From Candidatus Cloacimonadales bacterium (GTDB taxonomy: Bacteria; Cloacimonadota; Cloacimonadia; Cloacimonadales; JAFGVF01), in assembly GCA_963667035.1 (NCBI GenBank), contig OY762964.1, positions 992,001-1,056,000 of the forward strand: DNA of 64,000 nt. The letters run 5' to 3'. The notes beneath the pieces were generated by a model. The model saw only the letters and a list, made by a program, of their open reading frames with translations, had not been told where the DNA came from and made no database searches. The stretch's first letter is position 1; each line of letters begins with the position of its first letter. Of this stretch, positions 1 through 9,612 are shown piece by piece. The translations under genes and the position numbers were made by a program.

Positions 1-71
1 AATTGTAATATGTTGCAATTATGGAGGTTATAGTACTGTTTAGTATGTGTTAAGCTCATCATTAAGTTTAA

Positions 72-89
72 TTGTGAAAATCATCACAG
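72..89. promoter_or_regulatory. Putative Rex-type operator upstream of PFOR
   Basis: TTGTGAAAATCATCACAG matches 12/14 informative positions of TTGTGAAnnnnTTCACAA; lies just upstream of TTGACA at 106-111. Confidence 0.45.
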
Positions 90-200
90 GAAAAGCGGAA
101 AATAATTGACACTTTATTGTTTATAATTTCGCTGTCATAAACGAAAGTTCAGATGATTTTTTGATATAAATAGACAAATAAACTCGAAAAGGAGATGAGA

Positions 201-3200
201 ATGGCACAATTCAAGAAACAGACAATGGAAGGAAACATGGCCGCTGCTCACATCGCTTATGCATTTAGTGAAGTCGCAGCTATTTACCCCATTACTCCAT
301 CTTCAACCATGGGAGAATTAACCGATACTTGGTCTGCCAATGGTTTAAAGAATATCTTCGGCACAGAAGTAGATGTCGCTGAGATGCAATCAGAAGGTGG
401 TGCTGCAGGTGCTGTACACGGTTCATTATCAGCCGGTGCTTTAACAAGCACATTCACTGCTTCTCAAGGACTCATGCTTATGCTTCCTAATATGCATAAG
501 ATTGCCGGTGAGATGCTTCCAACTGTATTCTACGTTTCAGCTCGCTCTTTAGCAGCACAATCTCTTTCTATTTTTGGTGATCACTCTGATGTGATGTCAG
601 CCAGAAATACAGGTTATGCAATGCTTGCATGTAACTCAGTTCAAGAAGTTATGGACCTCTCAATAGTAGCTAACCTTGCTACACTAAAAACAGAGATTCC
701 TTTCTTAGTATTCTTCGATGGTTTCAGAACTTCAAATGAAATCCAGAAAGCAGAAGTTATCGACTATGAAACATTAGGCTCAATGCTTGATATGCAGTAT
801 GTTGAAAGATTCAGAGCAAGAGCTCTTAATCCTGAAAGTCCTCGCGTAAAAGTTGGAGCACAAAATCCTGACGTATATTTCCAGGGTCGTGAAACAACCA
901 ATAATACTTATGATGCAGCTCCTGCCGAAGTTCAAGCTTACATGGATGAAGTTGCCGCTAAGATAGGTCGTAGCTATCATTTATTTGATTACATCGGTGC
1001 TCCTGATGCTGAATCAATAATAGTAGCAATGGGCTCAGGTTGTGAAACAATAGATGAAACAATCGAATATCTTAATGCAAACGGTTCTAAATACGGCTTG
1101 TTAAAAGTTCGTTTATACAGACCATTCTCAATTGATGCTCTCATTAATGCAATTCCTGCTTCAGTTAAGAGAATTGCTGTTCTTGATAGAACAAAAGAAC
1201 CGGGTTCAATCGGTGAACCTTTATATATTGATGTAGTAGCTGCTCTTAAGGGTAAAGATATCACTATCATTGGTGGACGTTACGGTTTATCTTCAAAAGA
1301 GTTTACACCTTCAATGGTTAAAGCTGTTTACAAACATCTTGATAACGATGGTTTCCACGGATTTACAGTAGGTATCACAGACGATGTATCTAACCGTTCA
1401 ATTCCTGTTACAGAAAGGATTAACACAATTCCTAAAGGAACTATCGGTTGTAAATTCTGGGGTCTTGGATCAGACGGTACTGTCGGTGCTAATAAGAATA
1501 GTATCAAGATTATCGGTGACAACACTGACAAATATGCTCAGGGTTATTTCCAGTATGACTCTAAGAAATCCGGTGGTATCACTCGCAGTCACTTAAGATT
1601 CGGTGATACTCCTATCCGTTCACAATATCTTATCCAGAATGCTGACTTCATCGCATGTCATAATCCTGCTTTCATCGGTAGATATGATATCCTTGAAGGA
1701 ATCAAAGAAGGAGGTGTATTCCTTCTTAACTCACATTGGACTCAAGAAGAAATCTTTGCTAATCTTACCGAAGACATGCAGAAGACTATTGTTGAGAAGA
1801 AAGTTAGATTCTATAACATCAATGCACTTGAAATTGCTAAAGGCGTAGGTCTTGGCGGTAGAATCAATACAGTTATGCAAGCTGCTTTCTTTATAATCTC
1901 CGGTGTTCTTGAAAAAGAAAAAGCTATCGAACTTATCAAAAATGCAATCAAGAAATCTTATGCTAAGAAAGGCGAAGAGATTGTTAAGATGAATATCGAA
2001 GCTGTAGATAAAACAGAAGCTGCTCTCGTTGAAATAACAATTCCTGCTAAAATGGATGGTACTTTCGTTGAAATGAAGAAACTCATCCCTGATAATGCTG
2101 ATGAATTCACTAAAACAGTTATCGAGCCAATCATGAGAGAAAAAGGTGACGACATCAAGGTCTCTGAGATGCCTTATGACGGTTTTGTACCTTCTGCTAC
2201 AACTAAACTTGAAAAACGTGGTGTTGCGCCGTTTGTTCCTCATTGGATTCCTGAAAATTGTATCCAATGTAACCAGTGTTCATTCGTATGTCCTCACGCA
2301 GCTATCAGACCTAAATTGATTGCTAATGATGATATGGCAAATGCTCCTGAGGCTTTCAAAACACTCAATGCTATGGGTGATTCGGACCTTCAGTATAAAC
2401 TTCAGGTTTACATTGATGACTGTCAGGGTTGTCGCGTATGTGTTAACGAATGTCCTAAGGGTGCACTTGTAATGAGCCCTATCGATGAAGAAAGAGCTGC
2501 CGGCGAACAAGCTAACTATGAATTCTTCGAAACTCTTCCTGAAGACAAATTTGGTAAGATGAAGAATATCAATGTTAAGACTTCTCAGTTCAAACAACCG
2601 TTGCTTGAGTTCTCTGGTGCTTGTGCAGGTTGCGGTGAAACACCTTATGTAAAACTTCTTACTCAATTGTTTGGAGACAGAATGCTTATTGCAAACGCTA
2701 CAGGTTGTACTTCAATCTGGGGTGGCACATTCCCAACAATTCCTTATTGTAAGAATCAGAACGGTCATGGTCCTTCATGGGCAAACTCACTGTTTGAAGA
2801 TAATGCTGAGTACGGATTTGGTTTCCGCTTAGCTGTTGATTCCAACAGAAAGATTCTCAAGATGAACCTTGAAAAGGCTACAGCCCTTCTCACTTGTGAC
2901 AGTTGTATTGAAGTATTCAACAGAAGACTTGATAATTGGGATTCAGTTGATGATCAAGCTAAAGCTGATGCAGCAAAGATTAAAGAGCTTCTTCCTAAGC
3001 TTCTTGAGAAAGCTGATGACAAAACAGCTCCTATCGTACGTAAGTGTATCGAATTGCAGAACTATCTTGTTGATAAGAGTGTTTGGTGCTTCGGTGGTGA
3101 CGGTTGGGCTTATGACATCGGTTATGGTGGACTTGATCACGTAATGGCTTCTAACAAGAATGTTAATATCCTTGTTGTTGATACAGAAGTTTATTCAAAT

Positions 3201-3713
3201 ACAGGTGGACAGGCTTCTAAATCTACTCCTCTTGGTTCAGTTGCTAAGTTTGCAGAGTCAGGAAAAGCTACGGTTAAGAAAGACCTTGGTATGATGATGA
3301 TGAGCTACGGATATGTTTATGTTGCATCCATTTCTATGGGTTCAAACAAAGCTCAAGCTCTCAAAGCTATCCAAGAAGCTGAAGCTTATCCGGGACCATC
3401 AATCATTCTTGCTTATGCTCCATGTATCAATCACGGTATTGATATGGGTATGAGCCAGAAAGAAGAAAAAGCAGCTGTTGATAGCGGATACTGGATTAAT
3501 TACAGATACAATCCTCAACTCAAAGCTGAAGGTAAGAATCCGTTTGTTATGGATTCAAAAGAACCTACTGCTGACCCTCTTGACTTCATAGACGGTGAAA
3601 AGAGATATACATCACTCAAGAGAACTTTCCCTCAGAAGTTTGAGCAATACCATGCCGAACTTAAGAAGTTCCTCGAAGCAAGATACGAAAGATACAAAAA
3701 AATGGCCGAATAA
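201..3713 (+). CDS. nifJ: Pyruvate:ferredoxin (flavodoxin) oxidoreductase, single-chain
   Basis: YPITPS, EMQSEGGAAG, CIQCNQC..CP and CQGCRVC..CP ferredoxin motifs, SGACAGCGE, GGDGWAYDIG TPP motif. AAGGAG at 189-194 favours the ATG at 201 over 195. Confidence 0.96.
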   Translation: MAQFKKQTMEGNMAAAHIAYAFSEVAAIYPITPSSTMGELTDTWSANGLKNIFGTEVDVAEMQSEGGAAGAVHGSLSAGALTSTFTASQGLMLMLPNMHKIAGEMLPTVFYVSARSLAAQSLSIFGDHSDVMSARNTGYAMLACNSVQEVMDLSIVANLATLKTEIPFLVFFDGFRTSNEIQKAEVIDYETLGSMLDMQYVERFRARALNPESPRVKVGAQNPDVYFQGRETTNNTYDAAPAEVQAYMDEVAAKIGRSYHLFDYIGAPDAESIIVAMGSGCETIDETIEYLNANGSKYGLLKVRLYRPFSIDALINAIPASVKRIAVLDRTKEPGSIGEPLYIDVVAALKGKDITIIGGRYGLSSKEFTPSMVKAVYKHLDNDGFHGFTVGITDDVSNRSIPVTERINTIPKGTIGCKFWGLGSDGTVGANKNSIKIIGDNTDKYAQGYFQYDSKKSGGITRSHLRFGDTPIRSQYLIQNADFIACHNPAFIGRYDILEGIKEGGVFLLNSHWTQEEIFANLTEDMQKTIVEKKVRFYNINALEIAKGVGLGGRINTVMQAAFFIISGVLEKEKAIELIKNAIKKSYAKKGEEIVKMNIEAVDKTEAALVEITIPAKMDGTFVEMKKLIPDNADEFTKTVIEPIMREKGDDIKVSEMPYDGFVPSATTKLEKRGVAPFVPHWIPENCIQCNQCSFVCPHAAIRPKLIANDDMANAPEAFKTLNAMGDSDLQYKLQVYIDDCQGCRVCVNECPKGALVMSPIDEERAAGEQANYEFFETLPEDKFGKMKNINVKTSQFKQPLLEFSGACAGCGETPYVKLLTQLFGDRMLIANATGCTSIWGGTFPTIPYCKNQNGHGPSWANSLFEDNAEYGFGFRLAVDSNRKILKMNLEKATALLTCDSCIEVFNRRLDNWDSVDDQAKADAAKIKELLPKLLEKADDKTAPIVRKCIELQNYLVDKSVWCFGGDGWAYDIGYGGLDHVMASNKNVNILVVDTEVYSNTGGQASKSTPLGSVAKFAESGKATVKKDLGMMMMSYGYVYVASISMGSNKAQALKAIQEAEAYPGPSIILAYAPCINHGIDMGMSQKEEKAAVDSGYWINYRYNPQLKAEGKNPFVMDSKEPTADPLDFIDGEKRYTSLKRTFPQKFEQYHAELKKFLEARYERYKKMAE

Positions 3714-3729
3714 GTCATTAAGATATATT

Positions 3730-3762
3730 AAGGGAAGGTTGATAATCAGCCTTCCCTTTTTT
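3730..3762 (+). terminator. Rho-independent terminator after PFOR
   Basis: AAGGGAAGGTTGA-taa-TCAGCCTTCCCTT hairpin followed by a T tract. Confidence 0.85.
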
Positions 3763-3886
3763 ACATACTCAAATTCTTCTTATACTTTTAGAAATATCGC
3801 TTGACGTCTATTGTACATATTAATCATTTATAGTAACGTTTACCTTTAACGATGATTCTACTAATCGTAGCAATGAGGAGTATACT

Positions 3887-4450
3887 ATGAAACAGAGATG
3901 CCAATGGTGCGAATCTAATCCCATAAACATAAAATATCATGATGAAGAGTGGGGAACTCCTGTACACGATGATAGATTACTTTTTGAATTCTTGATTTTG
4001 GAAGGTGCTCAAGCAGGACTTAGTTGGACTACAATTCTCAAGAAAAGAGAAAACTACCGTAAAGCATTCGATAATTTCGACTTTAATAAAATAGCTCTCT
4101 ACACAGATGATGATAAAGAGAGATTACTTGCAAATGAAGGGATTGTCAGAAACAGAAGAAAGATTGATTCAACGATTAGGAATGCTGCAGTCGCTATTGA
4201 TATTATCAAAGAATTCGGTTCTCTTGATAAGTATTTCTGGAATTATGTCGATGGAAAGCCAATTATAAACTCCCGGAAATCATTATCGGAAATCCCTGCC
4301 AAAACCGAACTGGCAGAGAAGATGAGCAAGGATCTTAAGAAAAGAGGCATGAACTTTGTAGGTCCCACGATTTGCTATGCCTTTATGCAGGCGATAGGAA
4401 TAGTAAATGACCACACTGTAGATTGTTATAGATATAAGGAATTGAGCTAA
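3887..4450 (+). CDS. tag: DNA-3-methyladenine glycosylase I
   Basis: RCxW, YHDEEWG, LILEGAQAGLSW, FVGPTICYAFMQAIG..NDH..C motifs; GAGGAG RBS. Confidence 0.95.
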   Translation: MKQRCQWCESNPINIKYHDEEWGTPVHDDRLLFEFLILEGAQAGLSWTTILKKRENYRKAFDNFDFNKIALYTDDDKERLLANEGIVRNRRKIDSTIRNAAVAIDIIKEFGSLDKYFWNYVDGKPIINSRKSLSEIPAKTELAEKMSKDLKKRGMNFVGPTICYAFMQAIGIVNDHTVDCYRYKELS

Positions 4451-4559
4451 GGCATTTCTTCTTAACATAATTATGTAATTTATCCGGATAGTTGTGTTAT
4501 TTTATGCAGGGAATACTAAGTTAATTTGTATATAATGTAGAAACAGGTATGGAGGAATT

Positions 4560-5024
4560 ATGAAAAGAATTCTATTGTCACTTATGGGTTTGATATTGTT
4601 GTTTTCATTAACAGCAACGGAACCGACTTTGACAACTCCGGCTCCCAAGGATAAGAAGACACCTCGTGAACCTAAAGCTTTGGAAGCTCCTGAGGTCTCG
4701 AAAGCTGTGCTTGATAGAACTGATAATCAGATGAAGGTCTATACTGAAGAGTTAGATCTGACACCAGAGCAAGTTACAGTAATCAGAGAGATTATTCTTG
4801 AAAGAAACCGCATTATCCAACAGCATAAAAACGTTGGAAATGATGATTTTGAGAAGAACAGAATAGCCCGAAGTAAAATCAGTACTGCTAACCGGAAAGC
4901 CGATGAGAGAATTATCAAGCATTTGAATGAAGAGCAGGTGGTTAAATTTAAACATCTACAGAAACGTACATTGGAGAATAGAAAGAAACCGATGAAAAGT
5001 CAAAAAAAACCTTCAAAATTCTAA
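4560..5024 (+). CDS. Secreted hypothetical protein, Spy/CpxP (LTxxQ)-like
   Basis: Signal peptide MKRILLSLMGLILLFSLTA; LDLTPEQ and LNEEQ motifs; basic helical sequence; GGAGG RBS. Confidence 0.6.
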   Translation: MKRILLSLMGLILLFSLTATEPTLTTPAPKDKKTPREPKALEAPEVSKAVLDRTDNQMKVYTEELDLTPEQVTVIREIILERNRIIQQHKNVGNDDFEKNRIARSKISTANRKADERIIKHLNEEQVVKFKHLQKRTLENRKKPMKSQKKPSKF

Positions 5025-5078
5025 AGTAGGTTTGAATTGACTTAAACTAAGTTCATCAGGAAATCCAATATAAATCTC

Positions 5079-5124
5079 AAAGCAGAAAGCGATGTTTATT
5101 AAAACAAGCTTTCTGCTTTCTTTT
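5079..5124 (+). terminator. Rho-independent terminator
   Basis: AAAGCAGAAAGC...GCTTTCTGCTTT 12-bp inverted repeat followed by CTTTT. Confidence 0.7.
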
Positions 5125-5262
5125 GTTAATATAGTTTATACAGTTCCGGGGACTATATGATTTGATCTCAAATCCATAGCAATATGAATCTACAGTGGCA
5201 TTTATCAGTGTCTAGATGATTTCAGTTCATTTACTGTCCTCCTTTTCTGCTTATTCTACCAA

Positions 5263-5356
5263 CCCGCTGTTTTTGCACTGTGCAGGCAGTGCTATCGCAC
5301 TGCCCACGCACTGAAACACCGGGTTGACAGTGCATTCACAGTGCAAAAACAGTGGG
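5263..5356. repeat. 11-bp-periodic CASTG palindromic element
   Basis: CACTG/CAGTG-like cores at 5265,5276,5287,5298,5309 and 5317,5328,5339,5350; outer inverted repeat 5263-5282/5337-5356 (19/20). Confidence 0.8.
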
Positions 5357-5540
5357 AAACATCCGCTTTGTTGAAGAGTTTACAGAATGTTTGATGTTTG
5401 AAAAAAGAAATTGTAAATTTTATGGGAATTCAGGATATGGAAATATATAAAAAACTATTTTGTCTAATTAATCATTGAGAAAAAAGTGATTGACATAAAC
5501 AATCCGTTAATACTAACTATCAATCAAAATGGAGGATTTT

Positions 5541-5792
5541 ATGGCAAGGGAAACTAAAGTATACAAGTTTAAATGTCCTGATTGTGACCACGAAATAGAA
5601 TTCAAGATAGAGATTAAAACTTCCTCGGAGGGTAAAACTACTAAAGAAGTAGTTGTGTATTGCCCTTTTTGTGATAAAAAATATGTAGCAGAGATACCTG
5701 CGAAACCGGCTAGTAATGCAACTGTTTTAAGATCATATGAAAATGGAGATAAGGATGAAATGGGTCAAGATACCTCTGATTTTAGAATCTGA
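5541..5792 (+). CDS. Small zinc-ribbon protein (CxxC...CxxC)
   Basis: CPDC and CPFC pairs; GGAGG at 5531-5535 supports the ATG at 5541; overlaps the next gene. Confidence 0.75.
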   Translation: MARETKVYKFKCPDCDHEIEFKIEIKTSSEGKTTKEVVVYCPFCDKKYVAEIPAKPASNATVLRSYENGDKDEMGQDTSDFRI

Positions 5793-8700
5793 ACAGGAGA
5801 CGGAATTAGAAAAGCTTTGGGATAATATTGTTCGGTATCATTCCAATTCACTAACAATTGAGCCGAAGAATACATCTATTGAAAGAATGTTTACGATTAT
5901 GAGCGAAGTAGCAAAAGCTAATCCACAAATTCAAGTTGCTATTAATCAATCGGAGAACGGGAGTGAGCATATAGTTCTAAACTTACAGCATGATAACAGA
6001 ACTATTCTTAACCTTCCGTGGCATGGATTAAAGGATTGCACCGGAAAATCACTTTCATCACTAAGTCAACTTACCTGTGTACGCTCATTTCCAGAATGCT
6101 TTAGTGACCTGAAATTTAAACCTCGAGCACTACCTATGAAGGTTCTTGTTGTAGTATCGTCACCGGATGATTTGACATTTGAAGGTAGATTGGATTATGA
6201 AACTGAGATGAGTAATATACTCACCATTTTCTATCCCTTGATGAAAAGGGGGGAGATAATAGTTGATATCGCAGATGATGCTTCTCTAATAGGAATCGAA
6301 AAGAAAATAATTCAAGTTAAATACGATATACTTCATTTCTCCGGTCATGGTTCATTCAACAAAGATACAGGAGAGGGTCATATTCTGTTGGAAAATGAAG
6401 ATGATATGAATATGAATTTTGTAAACGCAAAGGAGTTTGCTGAAGTCTTGAATAGTCATCCTGAGCATAGGATACCTCTCGTTGTAATGTCCTCATGCCA
6501 TACTGCTCATAGTGACAGTAGTTTTAAAGGTGTTACCGATCAACTGATACGTGTTGGCACTCCTGCCGTTATCTCTATGGTTATGTCTGTCGGTGATGAT
6601 TACGCAACTGAGTTCTCTAACAAGTTTTACGAGAATATCTGTAACAGATATACGATCCCACAGAGCTATCGAAAAGCTGTTGAAGCACTAAGAGTCTACG
6701 AATATGATAGGCATAGTGCAAAAAAAACATCTCACATACCTACTCAATGGATGATTCCCAGTCTGACAGTATCAGAAGAGATTGAAAAGCTCACAGATTT
6801 TGATTTGGTTAATGAGATAAGAGATTATGAATCTCAAGATGTATTTTCAGGAAAGAGATATATAAGTAAGCCTGATAAAGAATACTTGTTTATTGGCAGA
6901 TGGAGAGATGTAAAAAGATACTTTGGAGAGCTTAAATCAAAGGGATTTGTACTGATAACGGGACAGGGTGGAATAGGTAAAACTTATCTGGCAGAAGAAC
7001 TTATCCGAAGATATTGTTTGAAACAACTTGAGGCAATTGTATTTGCCTTTGATGAGAAGAATTTGAGTGGTGTTAATATATTGGATAAAGGTATATCCTA
7101 TCTGAAGGATGATGGAGATTTTGATTTTCTAAAGACCTATAAAGATGTGAAGTCTATTGAAGATAAGTTTTTGTTTCTTTTTAACCTGATTGCTAAACAG
7201 GGAAAGTATCCGATTTTTGTTTTTGATAACTTAGAGTCTTTTATGGATGATGATTGCCGAACCTTTAAACCGGAGCATAGCGAAATAGTAAATCTAATCA
7301 CTTTATTACAAAGAATTGAAAAATTTCCTCTTATCATGACTTCCCGATATGCTTTTGAAACGGAATATTATGACATAAATCAGCATGTGGATTTAAAATC
7401 GGTTTCTTTTACCGATTATTGGAGGAAAGCAAAAGATACGAAAAACATTATCTCAGAACTTGGAGACACAAGAGAGGATTTCAAAGATAATCTGTTTTTG
7501 TTATACAATAAACTGGGAGGGAACTATAGAGCACTAGAATTTATTGATACTTTGCTATCTACTGTTAAGTCTGACGACTTAATGAAAGCAATTGAATCCG
7601 TTCAAGATAAAATGGTTGAGAATCTGTTGTTTAATAAGATAATTGAATTATTGGATGATAGTTTGTATATATTCCGGTTTCTTATGCACTTTGATGTGCC
7701 TGTTACTACATTAGCTTTGGAGTTACAAGGATTAGTAAAAGAGAAGATTGAAACTGCTCTCAAACGAATTAATTCATTAACTCTTTGCGAAAGAATGAAA
7801 CAAGATGAAACGGATTTATATTACATCACTCCGCTTATAAAAGACTTATACAAAAAGAACTACCTTAACGAAGATATTATTTTTTCTCATGAAATGGCAG
7901 GGAGATATTTTACTTATAGAATCAACAATGGTTTTGATTCAGGAATGACGAGTCTGATAAATGCTTTTGAACATTTTTGCCTTTCCGATAATAAAAAGCA
8001 AATCAATGATTTAGGGAATAGAATAAGCTTCATTTTTGAGGAAAAATTCATGTTTGAGATGGCTCATTATTATGCTGATAAAAGTTATAGTATACTTGGT
8101 GATGAATGCAATGTCTATTTAATCCATAGATTAGGCTTTATTGAACTAAACATTGGGAGATATGATAATGCTTTAACTCATTTCAATAAGTGCTTGAAGA
8201 TATTTGAGGAAATAGGCGATAAATCTGGAGAAGGAACTTGTCTCAACAATATAGGTCAGATTTACGCTTCACGAGGAGATTATGATACAGCTTTATCTTA
8301 TCTCGAGCATAGTTTGAAGATAAGACAAGAGATAGGCGATAAATCGGGAGAAGGACAATGTCTTAACAATATAAGCCAGATTTACGCTTCACGAGGAGAT
8401 TATGATACAGCTTTATCTTATCTCGAGCATAGTTTGAAGATAAGACAAGAGATAGGCGATAAATCGGGAGAAGGACAATGTCTCAACAATATAAGCCAGA
8501 TTTACGATTCACGAGGAGATTATGATACAGCTTTATCTTATCTCGAGCGTAGTTTGAAGATAAGACAAGATATAGGCGATAAATCTGGAGAAGGAACTTG
8601 TCTCAACAATATAAGCCAGATTTACGATTCACGAGGAGATTATGATACAGCTTTATCTTATCTCGAGCGTAGTTTGAAGATAAGACAAGATATAGGCGAT

Positions 8701-9015
8701 AAATCCGGAGAAGGACAATGTCTCAACAATATAAGCCAGATTTACGCTTCACGAAGAGATTATGATACCGCTTTATCTTATCTTGAGCGTAGTTTGAAGA
8801 TATTTGAGGAGATAGGAGATAAATCGGGTGAAGGATACACATTATACAATTTAGCTTTTATGCTACTAATCAATTTGAATGAACCAGAAAAGGGAATGAA
8901 ATGCTTAATTGAAGCACTTAAAATCAATCAAAAAGTTGGAGATGCCGAGTTGGGAAAGCATTTATCGGAATTGTTTACATGGAAGAAACAGCAAATGGAG
9001 GAACAAGATGCCTGA
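5755..9015 (+). CDS. CHAT (caspase-like) protease - STAND/NB-ARC-like ATPase - TPR protein
   Basis: CHAT dyad LHFSGHG and VVMSSCHT; FIGR motif, Walker A GQGGIGKT, Walker B IFVFDNLE, sensor-like MTSR; C-terminal 40-aa TPR repeats. Start at 5737, 5743 or 5755 (GGAG at 5745 favours 5755). Confidence 0.88.
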   Translation: MKWVKIPLILESEQETELEKLWDNIVRYHSNSLTIEPKNTSIERMFTIMSEVAKANPQIQVAINQSENGSEHIVLNLQHDNRTILNLPWHGLKDCTGKSLSSLSQLTCVRSFPECFSDLKFKPRALPMKVLVVVSSPDDLTFEGRLDYETEMSNILTIFYPLMKRGEIIVDIADDASLIGIEKKIIQVKYDILHFSGHGSFNKDTGEGHILLENEDDMNMNFVNAKEFAEVLNSHPEHRIPLVVMSSCHTAHSDSSFKGVTDQLIRVGTPAVISMVMSVGDDYATEFSNKFYENICNRYTIPQSYRKAVEALRVYEYDRHSAKKTSHIPTQWMIPSLTVSEEIEKLTDFDLVNEIRDYESQDVFSGKRYISKPDKEYLFIGRWRDVKRYFGELKSKGFVLITGQGGIGKTYLAEELIRRYCLKQLEAIVFAFDEKNLSGVNILDKGISYLKDDGDFDFLKTYKDVKSIEDKFLFLFNLIAKQGKYPIFVFDNLESFMDDDCRTFKPEHSEIVNLITLLQRIEKFPLIMTSRYAFETEYYDINQHVDLKSVSFTDYWRKAKDTKNIISELGDTREDFKDNLFLLYNKLGGNYRALEFIDTLLSTVKSDDLMKAIESVQDKMVENLLFNKIIELLDDSLYIFRFLMHFDVPVTTLALELQGLVKEKIETALKRINSLTLCERMKQDETDLYYITPLIKDLYKKNYLNEDIIFSHEMAGRYFTYRINNGFDSGMTSLINAFEHFCLSDNKKQINDLGNRISFIFEEKFMFEMAHYYADKSYSILGDECNVYLIHRLGFIELNIGRYDNALTHFNKCLKIFEEIGDKSGEGTCLNNIGQIYASRGDYDTALSYLEHSLKIRQEIGDKSGEGQCLNNISQIYASRGDYDTALSYLEHSLKIRQEIGDKSGEGQCLNNISQIYDSRGDYDTALSYLERSLKIRQDIGDKSGEGTCLNNISQIYDSRGDYDTALSYLERSLKIRQDIGDKSGEGQCLNNISQIYASRRDYDTALSYLERSLKIFEEIGDKSGEGYTLYNLAFMLLINLNEPEKGMKCLIEALKINQKVGDAELGKHLSELFTWKKQQMEEQDA
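8194..8835 (+). repeat. Intragenic tandem array of about 5.3 near-identical 120-bp TPR units
   Basis: Units at 8221, 8341, 8461, 8581 and 8701 differ by only a few nucleotides. Confidence 0.95.
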
Positions 9016-9409
9016 TGAATCATTGAAAGTTAAACCAATCTCACAAGAAACAACACAATGGCAAGAGTTCATGATAAAAGAGCAACAGGAAACTCCTCAT
9101 AGGCTTGAAACGGTAGGGAAGTCATTGTCAGGGATGATATCTGTTACATTATCTATTATATTGGTATTTAGTGCAAATATCCTTAAAACTAATACAATTC
9201 CTGTATATGTACTAGTAATTTGGATTATAGCTTTATTTCTATCATTTCTGGTTATATTTCCATTCCCATACAGGTATAACACACAGAGTCCTCAAACATA
9301 TAAAGAAGCTCATAAACGTATAACAGTAGTCAAGTATACGATACTGATATTAAGCGTGATTGCATATCTGATAGCTGTATCATGGCTAGCGATAGAGCTA
9401 TTCGGATAG
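9008..9409 (+). CDS. Three-TM membrane protein, unknown function
   Basis: GGAGGA RBS at 8997-9002; ATG at 9008 overlaps the upstream stop (9013-9015); three hydrophobic segments. Confidence 0.8.
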   Translation: MPDESLKVKPISQETTQWQEFMIKEQQETPHRLETVGKSLSGMISVTLSIILVFSANILKTNTIPVYVLVIWIIALFLSFLVIFPFPYRYNTQSPQTYKEAHKRITVVKYTILILSVIAYLIAVSWLAIELFG

Positions 9410-9612
9410 TATAGAAGTCTATTCACAGATGTGAATTGCCTTATTACGTAGTTAATGGTAAAACTTCAAAATACAATAATTCCAATTCATACATAATCAT
9501 TCTTATCTTGACGTATATATTACCTTTCTGAATATCAAACATTATGATGTCATAAAGTTGTATAGTAGTATATAAAGATTATCATATTTAAAATAAAGAG
9601 AATAGAGGAGGT

